Positions 41,201 to 50,209 of a stretch of DNA of 64,000 bases are shown here, in pieces (positions within the stretch are counted from its first letter, which is position 1; the number at the start of each line of letters is the position of its first letter). Where the stretch lies: the NCBI GenBank assembly GCA_031409335.1, contig JANNWY010000196.1, positions 1 through 64,000 on the forward strand, given 5' to 3'. Origin of the DNA: Chthoniobacteraceae bacterium (GTDB lineage: Bacteria > Verrucomicrobiota > Verrucomicrobiia > Chthoniobacterales > Chthoniobacteraceae). The notes under the pieces were generated by a model. The model did no database searches. It was given only the letters and a program-made list of their open reading frames with translations, and had not been told where the DNA came from. Both the position numbers and the translations under genes were made by a program.

Positions 41201-42826
41201 GTGAACGCCGACCGCCGCCAGCTCCACCGCGCAGGACGCCCCGCCGACGCCCTCATCGAAGAAGCCATCGCCCTCCTCCGCACCGCGCCCGGCTCGCTCG
41301 TCAGCTACTTCACCGGCGCGATTCCGTTTTGGCTCGCCCTGCTATATTTCCTCTCCGACATGAGCCACAGCGCGGATGCCGAAGCGCATCTTGCGCCCGC
41401 ATCGCTCGGCGTCGCCCTCCTTTTCATTTGGATGAAATGCTGGCAAACCGTCTTCGCCAGCCGGCTCCGCACCGTGCTCCTCGATGAAACCGACGTGCCG
41501 TGGACCGCCGCCCGCATCACCCGCATGGCGCTCCACCAGACCGGCCCGCAAACCTGGAGCCTGCCCGTCCGCTTCGTTGCCCTTCTCGTCGGCATCCCGT
41601 TCGCGTGGGTGTCATCGTTTTGCCAGAACGTCAGCATCCTCGGCGATGGCCGCTCGAGCGCGACGCCGGACGCGCCCACCGTCTTCCAACGCAGCGTGGC
41701 GCAGGCGCGACTGTGGCCGGGCCAGATGCACAAGCTCATCCTCCAGCTCTCACTGCTCGGCTTCTTCATCTGGGTGAATGTCATCGTCCTCCTCATCTTC
41801 GTGCCGTCGCTGCTGAAGACTTTCTTTGGCATCGAAACCATTTTTTCGCGCAGCATCGGCGCGTTCCTCAACACCACCTTTTTCACCGCCACCTTCGCGC
41901 TCACCATGCTCTGCCTCGATCCGCTCTGGCGCGCCGTTTATGTGCTGTGCTGCTTTTACGGCGAATCGCTCCGCACCGGCCGCGACCTCGCCTTGCGCCT
42001 CCGCCGCGTCCGCCATACCGCGTTGATCCTCGCCCTCGCGGCCCTGTGCGGATTCGGAGGAATCGCCGCGCCACTCCGCGCCGCCGAGCCCGCGCCGATC
42101 GCTGACACCACGGAACTCAACCGCCGCATCGACGAAGTACTCGAGCGCCGCGAATACACCTGGCGCACCCCGCGCGAAAAAATCCCGCGCACGAAAGGCT
42201 GGTTCGGCGAATGGATCGAAAAGGTCGGCGAAATGATTCGCGACTGGGTGAAATCTGTGGCGAAAAGACTTGAACGCCTGATGAAATGGATTGCCGAGAA
42301 ATGGTATGGCGATCCAGCCAGCCTCGACGGCGCATCGAAGCCGTGGGGCGCCGGCACCCGGCTCGCGCTATGGGCCGCGCTCGCGTTGAGCCTCGCGATC
42401 ATTGTCTGGGCCTTGCTTCGCGCGCTGCGCGAAAAACGCGCCCCCGTCGTCGCGGCGGAAGCGATCACCGCCGTGCCCGATCTCACCGCCGACGATGTCG
42501 CCGCCGACGAACTCCCCGAGGACGGCTGGCTCGCGCTCGCCCGCGATCACGCCGCGCGCGGCGACTTTGCCCTCGCCATGCGCGCCATGTGGCTCGCCTG
42601 TCTCGCGCATCTCGGCCACCGCGAACTGCTCCGCATCGCCCGCCACAAATCCAATCGCGACTACGATCTCGAACTCCGCCGCCGCGCCCGCGCCCGCGAG
42701 GAATTGCTCGCCGCCTTCCGCGAAAATCTGAACGCCTTCGAGTCCTCCTGGTACGGCCGCCATCAAGTCACCGCCGAAATCTTCGCCCGCTTCTCCGGCA
42801 ATCTGGAAAGGATTCGCGCATGTTGA
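41201..42826 (+). CDS. Multi-pass membrane protein with C-terminal DUF4129 domain
   Basis: Several TMs; TGRDL; A...GDFALAMRAMWLACL...KSNRDY...FESSWYG. GTG start at 41201. Confidence 0.8.
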   Translation: MNADRRQLHRAGRPADALIEEAIALLRTAPGSLVSYFTGAIPFWLALLYFLSDMSHSADAEAHLAPASLGVALLFIWMKCWQTVFASRLRTVLLDETDVPWTAARITRMALHQTGPQTWSLPVRFVALLVGIPFAWVSSFCQNVSILGDGRSSATPDAPTVFQRSVAQARLWPGQMHKLILQLSLLGFFIWVNVIVLLIFVPSLLKTFFGIETIFSRSIGAFLNTTFFTATFALTMLCLDPLWRAVYVLCCFYGESLRTGRDLALRLRRVRHTALILALAALCGFGGIAAPLRAAEPAPIADTTELNRRIDEVLERREYTWRTPREKIPRTKGWFGEWIEKVGEMIRDWVKSVAKRLERLMKWIAEKWYGDPASLDGASKPWGAGTRLALWAALALSLAIIVWALLRALREKRAPVVAAEAITAVPDLTADDVAADELPEDGWLALARDHAARGDFALAMRAMWLACLAHLGHRELLRIARHKSNRDYDLELRRRARAREELLAAFRENLNAFESSWYGRHQVTAEIFARFSGNLERIRAC

Positions 42827-42829
42827 ATC

Positions 42830-42894
42830 AATGTGACACGGGCTTTCCAGCCCGTGATCCCCACCCGCACGGGCTGGAAAGCCCGTGTCACATT
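42830..42894. repeat. REP-like doublet (perfect 27-bp inverted repeat)
   Basis: AATGTGACACGGGCTTTCCAGCCCGTG-N11-CACGGGCTGGAAAGCCCGTGTCACATT; each arm is itself a hairpin. Confidence 0.9.
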
Positions 42895-42902
42895 TCGACG
42901 CG

Positions 42903-44159
42903 ATGAAACGCCCCGCTTTCGCCGCACTCCTCGCGCTTCTACTTGCCGCCGCGCTCGTTTATGGCGTCGCCCAACTTTTCACTCTGCGCCTCGAACAGGG
43001 CGACGTTTACCCGCCCTACTCCACCCTGCGCGCCGATCCGCTCGGCACGAAAGCGCTCTACGAAGCACTCGACGAACTCCCCGGTTACGAAGTGCGCCGT
43101 AACTTTCGCCCCCTCGTCCGACTCCATCCCGCAAAGCCCGTGACGCTCATCTACGCCGGCGTGGAACGCAGGTCGAAGTGGGGCGAGGAAGAGTTCAAGG
43201 AATTCCAAAACCTCGTCGCCAGCGGCACTCGCGTCGTCTTCGCCTTCGCGCCGGAAGAGGCAGTCGAGACTGACAGCGAGCCGCCAAAGCTCCCGGAGAA
43301 AACCGAGCCAGTCCCAGTCGATGAAGCGAAAGACTCGGCACCTCCCGCTGAGGACAAAAAAAACGACGCCAACGAAAGGAAAGCCAAGTCGGACTCAAAA
43401 AAGGCGGACGGGGAAACATCGACCGCGCTCGTGTTTCACGAAGTCGCCGAGCGGCTCGGCTTTCGCTTCCAGCGGCTCACCGTAAAAGACGACGATGGGG
43501 AACGCCGACCCGCGCTGCTCGCCGATGCCAGCCTCCCGCTCGAACCGCAACTCTCGTGGCACAGCGCGACCTTTTTTAGCGATCTCAAACCCGCCTGGCG
43601 CACGCTCTACACCAGCGATGGCAAGGTCGTCATCGCCGAGCGCACTTTCGGCGACGGCTCCATCGTGCTCGCGGGCGACAGCTATTTTCTCAGCAACGAA
43701 GCGCTCCGCCGCGAACGCAGCCCGCGCCTCCTCGCGTGGCTCGCCGGGCCGCCGCGCGAGATGATTTTCGACGAGGAACATCACGGCATCGTCGAACAGG
43801 CGAACATCGCCGGACTCGCCCGCAAATACCGCCTGCACGGCCTCGTCGCAGGCGCGCTGCTGGCCGTCGCGCTCTTCCTCTGGCAAAGCTCCGCGCCCTT
43901 TCTCCCACCCGCCGCCTCCCGCCGCCCGGACCCCGGACTCGTCACTGGAAAAAGCGCCGGAGAAGGTTTCATCAATCTCATCCGCCGCGCGCTCACGCCG
44001 AAGGAATTGCTCGCCACTTGCGCCGCGGAATGGCGCAAGGCCTTCGATCCCGAAGGCAAATCCGACAAAGCCGCGCACCTCGAACGCGTCCTCGCCACCG
44101 ACCGCAATCCCGTGACCGCCTACCAGACGATCAGCCAAGTGCTTTCCCAGAAAAAATGA
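42903..44159 (+). CDS. DUF4350 family membrane protein
   Basis: YSTLRADPLGTKALY; GDGSIVL..DSYFLSNEAL; IFDEEHHG; position directly upstream of the MoxR-family gene. Confidence 0.8.
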   Translation: MKRPAFAALLALLLAAALVYGVAQLFTLRLEQGDVYPPYSTLRADPLGTKALYEALDELPGYEVRRNFRPLVRLHPAKPVTLIYAGVERRSKWGEEEFKEFQNLVASGTRVVFAFAPEEAVETDSEPPKLPEKTEPVPVDEAKDSAPPAEDKKNDANERKAKSDSKKADGETSTALVFHEVAERLGFRFQRLTVKDDDGERRPALLADASLPLEPQLSWHSATFFSDLKPAWRTLYTSDGKVVIAERTFGDGSIVLAGDSYFLSNEALRRERSPRLLAWLAGPPREMIFDEEHHGIVEQANIAGLARKYRLHGLVAGALLAVALFLWQSSAPFLPPAASRRPDPGLVTGKSAGEGFINLIRRALTPKELLATCAAEWRKAFDPEGKSDKAAHLERVLATDRNPVTAYQTISQVLSQKK

Positions 44160-45121
44160 ACACCGCCACCGACCAAATCAAAGACGTCCTCCAGCGCGCC
44201 CGCACCGAAGTCAGCAAAGTCATCATCGGCCAGGAGGACGTCGTGGACAAAGCGCTCATCGCCATCTTCACCGGCCACCACGCGCTCATCGAAGGCGTGC
44301 CCGGCGTCGCAAAGACGCTGCTCGTCCGCACCCTCGCGCGCGTGCTCGGCTGCGAGTTCAACCGCATCCAATTCACGCCCGACCTGATGCCCGCCGACAT
44401 CACCGGCACGAGCGTTTTCAACATGCAGAAGAACGAATTCACGCTCATCAAGGGTCCGGTCTTCACCACGTTTTTGCTCGCCGATGAAATCAATCGCGCC
44501 CCTGCGAAAACGCAGTCCGCCTTGCTGCAAGCGATGCAGGAACGCCGCGTGACCATCGACCGCGAAACGCACGCGCTCTCGCCGAACTTCACCGTCTTCG
44601 CCACGCAAAACCCGATCGAATACGAAGGCACCTATCCGCTGCCCGAAGCGCAGAAAGACCGCTTCATGCTGAAAATCCCGATGACCGTCCCCGACCGCGA
44701 AGGCGAACTCGAACTCGCCCGCCGGATGCTGGGAACCGATTCGCCCGAGCAAGCCCTCGCCGCCGGCACCGTGCAGGCCGTCGTCTCCGCGGACGACCTC
44801 GTGACGCTTCGCACCGCGATGGAAGCGATCACCGTCCGCGAAGAACTCGTCGCCTACGTCGTCGATGTCATCCGCGCCACGCGCACGACCGAAAGCGTGC
44901 TCGTCGGCGCCGGCCCGCGCGCCACGCAGGCGCTCCTGCTCGCCGCCCGCGCCAATGCCGCGCTGAACGGGCGCGACTTCGTCACCCCGGATGATGTGAA
45001 ACAACTCACCGAACCCGTGATCGGCCACCGCCTCGTCCTGCGCCCCGAATACGAAATTGAAGGCGTCAACATTGGCGAAGTCGTGAGCAAAATTCTCGAA
45101 CAAGTGGCGGTGCCGCGCTGA
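44156..45121 (+). CDS. MoxR family AAA+ ATPase
   Basis: EGVPGVAKT; RIQFTPDLMPADITG; LADEINRAPAKTQSALL; ATQNPIEYEGTYPLPEAQKDRF. Confidence 0.95.
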   Translation: MNTATDQIKDVLQRARTEVSKVIIGQEDVVDKALIAIFTGHHALIEGVPGVAKTLLVRTLARVLGCEFNRIQFTPDLMPADITGTSVFNMQKNEFTLIKGPVFTTFLLADEINRAPAKTQSALLQAMQERRVTIDRETHALSPNFTVFATQNPIEYEGTYPLPEAQKDRFMLKIPMTVPDREGELELARRMLGTDSPEQALAAGTVQAVVSADDLVTLRTAMEAITVREELVAYVVDVIRATRTTESVLVGAGPRATQALLLAARANAALNGRDFVTPDDVKQLTEPVIGHRLVLRPEYEIEGVNIGEVVSKILEQVAVPR

Positions 45122-45161
45122 ACCGCTTGCCCGTCGCCAACCTGCATGGAACACTCCGGAC

Positions 45162-45767
45162 ATGGTCATCGAACTCCTCGCTGAGAAACGCGCCGAACCC
45201 GAGAAACGGGCCGTTCTCCGCGGCGTGTCTTGGGAGGGTTACCTCGCGATTGATGAGTCGCTCGGCCACGACTGCCCAGGCCCCCGAATCTACTATTTCG
45301 ACGAACATCTCGAAATCATGACGACCTCCTTGGGGCATGAGGAGTTCAAGAAGTGGATTGGGGATTTCATCGGTGACTTTTTGTTCGAGCGGGATGTCAC
45401 TGCGTTTCCTCGCGGCTCGGCGACGATGCGAATTGTCGGGGAAGTCTGTGCCGAGCCGGACGGGGCATGGTGTATCGGTGAGGAGACGGAGTTTCCCCAT
45501 CTGGTTATCGAAGTTGCGCAGACCAGCGGCGGCATTCCCAAGCTCGACCTCTACCGCCGTTTTGAAATCCCCGAAGTATGGATGTATCGCAAAGAAAAGC
45601 TCGAAGTCTGGACGCGGCGACGCGACCGGACCGGCTACGATCTGTCGGAAAAAAGCCGACTTCTCCCCGATTTCGATTTTCCCCTGCTCGCCCGCTGCCT
45701 CGCCATGATCCCAAATTGGAACGCTGCCCGCCGCGCCTTCCGGGACGGTCTGCGCTCGCAGACGTGA
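45162..45767 (+). CDS. Uma2 family putative endonuclease
   Basis: GVSWEGY; LEIMTTS..HE; AEPD..W; PHLVIEV; YRRFEIPEVW. Confidence 0.88.
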   Translation: MVIELLAEKRAEPEKRAVLRGVSWEGYLAIDESLGHDCPGPRIYYFDEHLEIMTTSLGHEEFKKWIGDFIGDFLFERDVTAFPRGSATMRIVGEVCAEPDGAWCIGEETEFPHLVIEVAQTSGGIPKLDLYRRFEIPEVWMYRKEKLEVWTRRRDRTGYDLSEKSRLLPDFDFPLLARCLAMIPNWNAARRAFRDGLRSQT

Positions 45768-45785
45768 TCGGCGCGCGCACGAAGC

Positions 45786-45951
45786 TTCCCGGTAGCACGT
45801 CCGTCCCGGGCGTTGGTTTCGGCGTCCCGCCGAAACGAACTTTCCAAGACGCTCGATCCCGATTGCGCGCGCATTTACCAAGTCGCGCTTCAAAAAGTTC
45901 GTCTCCGCGAGACGCGAAGACCAACGCTCGGGACGAGCGTGCTACCCGGAA
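45786..45951. repeat. ~166-bp GTAG-foot palindromic (REP/MITE-like) element, copy 1
   Basis: Terminal inverted repeat CGGTAGCACG...CGTGCTACCCG; internal hairpin GTTTCGGCGTCCCGCCGAAAC shared with 50025-50192. Confidence 0.85.
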
Positions 45952-45960
45952 CCCCCGCGC

Positions 45961-47298
45961 ATGATCGTCCCCCGCACACGCCTCATCCTTTGGGTAGCGC
46001 TCATCGTGCTCCCCTTTGCCGCGCTGGCGGGCACGATGCCTTCGGCGATTGGCGTGTGCGCGTTTGCGATCGGCGCTCTCTGCACTCTCGTCCTCGCGGA
46101 TGCCTTCCTCGCCGGCTCGCGCGTCGCTGGGATTCGCGTCGAATTGCCGGAACTCGTCCGCCTTCAAAAAGATCACCCCGGCACTTTCGACGTGCGCGTT
46201 TACAACGATTCGCAAACCGCCCGCGCCATCCGCATCGGCCTCACTTTCCCGGACGAAATCTCCGTCGCCGATGAAACGCAGACCACCGCGCTGCCCGCCG
46301 GCTCGACGCTTTCGCGCCTCGACTGGACCTGCACGCCGCGCAAACGCGGCCAGTATTTTCTCGAACGCGCGTATCTCGAAGCCGCGTCCCCGCTCGGCTT
46401 CTGGTCCGCGCGCGCGAGTCATCCGCTCCGCTCCGAACTGCGCGTGTATCCCAATCTTTTCGACGAGCGGAAAAATGTTGCCGCCCTTTTCCTGAAGCGC
46501 GGCAACCTCGGCATCCACGCGCAGCGGCAGGCCGGCCAGGGTCGCTCGTTTGAAAAGCTGCGCACCTACATTCCCGGCGACAGCGTGAATGAAATCCACT
46601 GGAAGGCCTCCGCGAAACGCGGGCATCCCGTGACGAAAGTTTTCCAGATCGAGCGCACGCAGGAAGTGTATGTCATCCTCGACGCGTCGCGCCTCACCGC
46701 GCGACCGGTGAAGCTCGACGCCGGCGCGGAGACCAATGTGCTGGAGCGCTTCGTCACCGCCGCGCTCATCCTCGGCCTCGCGGCGGAGCAAAAGGGCGAC
46801 CAGTTCGGCCTCATCACTTTCAGCGACCGCGTGCTTAGTTTCGTCCGCGCGAAAAGCGGCCAGGCGCACTACGACGCCTGCCGCGACCGCCTATACACGC
46901 TGCACCCGCAGATCGTCACGCCGGACTTCGATGAACTCGCCACCTTCATCCGCCTCCGCCTGCGCAAACGCGCGCTCCTCATTTTCCTCACCGCGCTCGA
47001 CGATCCGATGCTCGCGGAGAGCTTTGTGAAAAGCATGGACCTCGTCTGCCGCCAGCATCTAATCCTCGTCGATATGCTCCAGCCCGCCGGGGCCGTCCAC
47101 GTCTTCAGCGATCCGAATGTCAGCGAAATCGACGACGTTTACCGCCAGCTCGGCGGCCACTGGCAATGGCACAAACTGCGCGAACTCGAAAAAGTCCTGC
47201 AACGCCGCGGCGTCCGCTTCAACCAGCTCGACCCCGCGCGTCTGCCCGCGCAGCTCGTCGCGCAACACGCGGATGTGAAAGCGCGGCAGCTCGTATGA
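45961..47298 (+). CDS. DUF58 domain-containing protein
   Basis: RGQY; LRVYP; FEKLRTYIPGDSVNEIHWKASAKR; ILDASR. Confidence 0.9.
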   Translation: MIVPRTRLILWVALIVLPFAALAGTMPSAIGVCAFAIGALCTLVLADAFLAGSRVAGIRVELPELVRLQKDHPGTFDVRVYNDSQTARAIRIGLTFPDEISVADETQTTALPAGSTLSRLDWTCTPRKRGQYFLERAYLEAASPLGFWSARASHPLRSELRVYPNLFDERKNVAALFLKRGNLGIHAQRQAGQGRSFEKLRTYIPGDSVNEIHWKASAKRGHPVTKVFQIERTQEVYVILDASRLTARPVKLDAGAETNVLERFVTAALILGLAAEQKGDQFGLITFSDRVLSFVRAKSGQAHYDACRDRLYTLHPQIVTPDFDELATFIRLRLRKRALLIFLTALDDPMLAESFVKSMDLVCRQHLILVDMLQPAGAVHVFSDPNVSEIDDVYRQLGGHWQWHKLRELEKVLQRRGVRFNQLDPARLPAQLVAQHADVKARQLV

Positions 47299-48305
47299 TC
47301 ATCGACCTCCCACGCTTCATCACCGTCGAGCGCCCGGCGTGGACGGAACTCGAAAAAATCCTCGATCGCCTCGATGCGGAGATCGATCACCGGTTCACGA
47401 TCGACGAGGCGCACCGCTTTCACTTCCTTTACCAGAAAGCCTCCGCGGACCTCGCGCGGCTCGCGACGTTTGCCTCGGAGCCGGAGTTGCGGCGCTATTT
47501 GGAAACGCTCGTCGGTCGCGCTTACGGCGAGATTCACGCGACGCGCGAACGCGGCACCCGCTGGCAGCCGGTGCGCTGGTTCCTCCGGGAATTTCCCGCC
47601 GCCTTCCGCCGCCAAAGCACCGCGGCGATTCTTTCGCTCGCCATCACGCTCGTCGGCTGTCTCTTCGGCGGATTCGCCGTCGCGCTCGATGACGAGGCAA
47701 AGAGCGCAATCATGCCCGCGCAATTCGCGCCGCATCTCGGCAAACCTTCCGACCGCGTGAAGCGCGAGGAGACGACCAAGGAAAATCGTCTTGCGGGCAA
47801 CCACTCGACGTTTGCCGGGCAGCTCATGGTGAACAACATCGGCGTCTCCATCAAAGCGATGGCACTCGGGATGACGTGGGGCATCGGCACGCTCATCATC
47901 CTCTTTTACAATGGAGTGATCCTCGGCCTGGTCGCAGTCGATTACATCATCGACGGCCAGACCGTGTTCCTCCTCGGCTGGCTGCTGCCGCATGGCATCA
48001 TCGAGATCCCCGCCATCCTCATCGGCGGCCAGGCCGGGCTCGTGCTCGGGCGCGCGCTCATCGGCCACGGCGATCGCCGCGCGATGGGCGCACGTTTGCG
48101 CGCCGTCGCGCCCGATGCGGCGACGCTCATCGGCGGCGTCGCGGTGATGCTCGTGTGGGCGGGCATCGTCGAGAGTTTCATCTCGCAGCATCACCAGCCG
48201 GTGCTGCCGTATTGGTTGAAAATTTCATTCGGTATCGGCGAGGGCATCCTGCTCATCGCGCTGCTCAACCACGGCCGCGGAAAGAAAATGACCAATAACC
48301 AATGA
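47295..48305 (+). CDS. SpoIIM-like (DUF95) membrane protein
   Basis: LYQKASADLA; MVNNIGVS; LFYNGVILG; LLPHGIIEIPAI; AGIVES. Confidence 0.9.
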   Translation: MIIDLPRFITVERPAWTELEKILDRLDAEIDHRFTIDEAHRFHFLYQKASADLARLATFASEPELRRYLETLVGRAYGEIHATRERGTRWQPVRWFLREFPAAFRRQSTAAILSLAITLVGCLFGGFAVALDDEAKSAIMPAQFAPHLGKPSDRVKREETTKENRLAGNHSTFAGQLMVNNIGVSIKAMALGMTWGIGTLIILFYNGVILGLVAVDYIIDGQTVFLLGWLLPHGIIEIPAILIGGQAGLVLGRALIGHGDRRAMGARLRAVAPDAATLIGGVAVMLVWAGIVESFISQHHQPVLPYWLKISFGIGEGILLIALLNHGRGKKMTNNQ

Positions 48306-48399
48306 CCAATGACCAATGACCAAACTCCCCGGCGCCTAACGAGAGCCCGATTCACGGTATTCGGCGCGCTGGTCATTGGTCATTGGTCACTGGTCATTT
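48287..48399. repeat. Inverted heptamer arrays (AATGACC)x5 ... (TGGTCAT)x4
   Basis: The left array supplies the last codons and the stop of the SpoIIM-like gene (KMTNNQ*). The right array ends just before the RDD start. Confidence 0.9.
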
Positions 48400-48403
48400 C
48401 CCC

Positions 48404-49168
48404 ATGAACGCCGCCGAACTCCGCATCCGCACGCCGGAAGGCATCGTCTTCGCCCATCGTCTCGCCGGACCGCTGCCGCGCGCCTTCGCATGGCTCATCG
48501 ACATCACCGTCGTCCTCATCATTTCAAGTGGACTCGCCAAAGGACTCGGCCGGTCCAACGTGATGGACGGAGATCTCGCGCGTGGCATCTTCGTCGTCGG
48601 CTACTTCGTCGTCTCGACCGGATACCACATCGCGCTGGAATGGTTCTGGCGCGGGCAAACGCTCGGCAAACGGCTCTGCAAATTGCGCGTCACCGACGCC
48701 GAGGGATTGCGCCTCGGCTTTTACCAAGTCGTGATCCGCAACCTCGTGCGCTTCGTCGATCAGCTCCCGCTTTTCTACCTCGTCGGCGGCGCCGCGTGTC
48801 TGGTGAACCGGCACGCGCAGCGGCTCGGCGACATCGCGGCGGGCACCGTCGTCGTGCATTTGCCAAAACACGCCGAGCCCGATCTCGATCAGTTGCTCGC
48901 GGGAAAATTCAACTCGCTCCGCGCGCACCCGCACCTCGAAGCGCGGCTGCGCCAGCGCGTGTCGCCAGACGAAGCGCGCCTTGCCCTGCAAGCCCTCGTG
49001 CGCCGCGATGAACTCGAACCCGCCGCGCGCGTCGGCCTCTTCGCCGATCTCGCGAGCCACTTCAAAACGCTCGTCTCGTTTCCCGCGGAAGACACCGACG
49101 CGATGCCCGACGAGCAATACATCCGCAACGTCGTGGACATCCTCTTCCGCACGCGCGCCGGCGGCTGA
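48404..49168 (+). CDS. RDD family protein
   Basis: TPEGI...LAG...RAFAWLID; GQTLGKR; IRNLVRFVD; QRLGDIAAGTVVV. Confidence 0.92.
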   Translation: MNAAELRIRTPEGIVFAHRLAGPLPRAFAWLIDITVVLIISSGLAKGLGRSNVMDGDLARGIFVVGYFVVSTGYHIALEWFWRGQTLGKRLCKLRVTDAEGLRLGFYQVVIRNLVRFVDQLPLFYLVGGAACLVNRHAQRLGDIAAGTVVVHLPKHAEPDLDQLLAGKFNSLRAHPHLEARLRQRVSPDEARLALQALVRRDELEPAARVGLFADLASHFKTLVSFPAEDTDAMPDEQYIRNVVDILFRTRAGG

Positions 49169-49172
49169 TGCA

Positions 49173-49241
49173 CTCCTGATCTTGCTCCTGCTCTTGATCT
49201 TGATCCTCTGTTTCGAGAGCCGGGAAGATCAGGATCAAGAG
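49173..49241. repeat. Inverted hexamer-repeat element (CTTGAT/CTTGCT-like) between convergent genes
   Basis: CTCTTGATCTTGATC pairs with GATCAGGATCAAGAG; it contains the aminotransferase stop codon. Confidence 0.7.
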
Positions 49242-50017
49242 TCCGAGCGTGCCGCGAGTTCCGCGGCGAGTTGCGGGCTGGTGAATCGACGACCGAGCGG
49301 ACGGCCTTCGAGCGTTGCGACGGGCATGATGCCGATCCAGCTATTCGTCAGGAAAATCTCGTCCGCGCCGAGCACATCCTCGCGCTTCAGCCTGCGCTCC
49401 TCGACTTTGCGCCGCGCGCAAACCCATTCCCGGATGACGCCCACGCGGCAGCCGCTCGATCGCGCGGGCGTGGAAATGCGGTCGTCGTGGATGAGGAAGA
49501 CATTCGCCATGCAGGCCGAGACGAGTTCGCCGAAGTCGTTGAAGAAAAGCGCCTCGTCGAAGCCGCGGCGTCGCGCGAGCGCGAAGGCGTCGGCGTTGAA
49601 CCAGTAGTTCGCCGTCTTGAGTCCGCCGAATGCGGGCCGGTGGGTTTCGTCGTGGAACGTGAGTTCCCATGCATCGTCGGGATCGGGCGGCGTGCGCTCT
49701 TCGATGAAAACAAACAGCCGCGGATGATCGCTCGGCGAGGATGGCGCGCCGTCGCCCGCGGTGACGTAAATCCGCGCGAACCCGCTGCGGCTTTCAAACA
49801 GAGCAGCAGCCGCGCGGACGGCCTCTTCCGCGATCGGAAATTCCCGCTCCGCGCACGCGCTCAACAGCCGCGCGACGTGTTGCTCGAAAAACTCCGGCTC
49901 ACCGCGTGTGACGCGCACACTTTCAAAAACGGACATGCCGTAACGAAAACCGCGATCCGTGAGCGGCACGGAGTCGCGCGGCTCGAAACGTTCGTCGGTC
50001 CAGAGCCACGCGGTCAT
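49235..50017 (-). CDS. Class IV aminotransferase (PabC/IlvE-like)
   Basis: DRGFRYGMSVFES; LKTANY; DEAL; GVIR; ADEIFLTNS. ATG at 50017. Confidence 0.88.
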   Translation of the reverse strand: MTAWLWTDERFEPRDSVPLTDRGFRYGMSVFESVRVTRGEPEFFEQHVARLLSACAEREFPIAEEAVRAAAALFESRSGFARIYVTAGDGAPSSPSDHPRLFVFIEERTPPDPDDAWELTFHDETHRPAFGGLKTANYWFNADAFALARRRGFDEALFFNDFGELVSACMANVFLIHDDRISTPARSSGCRVGVIREWVCARRKVEERRLKREDVLGADEIFLTNSWIGIMPVATLEGRPLGRRFTSPQLAAELAARSDS

Positions 50018-50024
50018 GGGGAAC

Positions 50025-50192
50025 TCCGGGTAGCACGCTCGTCCCGAGCGTCGGTTTCGGCGTCCCGCCGAAACGAACTTTCCACAGCGTCCGTCCAAGG
50101 GAAAATCGGCGCGCGCTCTAAATCGTCCGCTCTTAAAAGTCCACGAAGGCGGGACGCCTTCGCCAACACGCGAGACGCGTGTGCTACCCGGA
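50025..50192. repeat. ~168-bp GTAG-foot palindromic element, copy 2
   Basis: TCCGGGTAGCACGC...GTGTGCTACCCGGA; left arm nearly identical to copy 1. Confidence 0.85.
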
Positions 50193-50209
50193 ACTCCGAG
50201 GCGCACATC

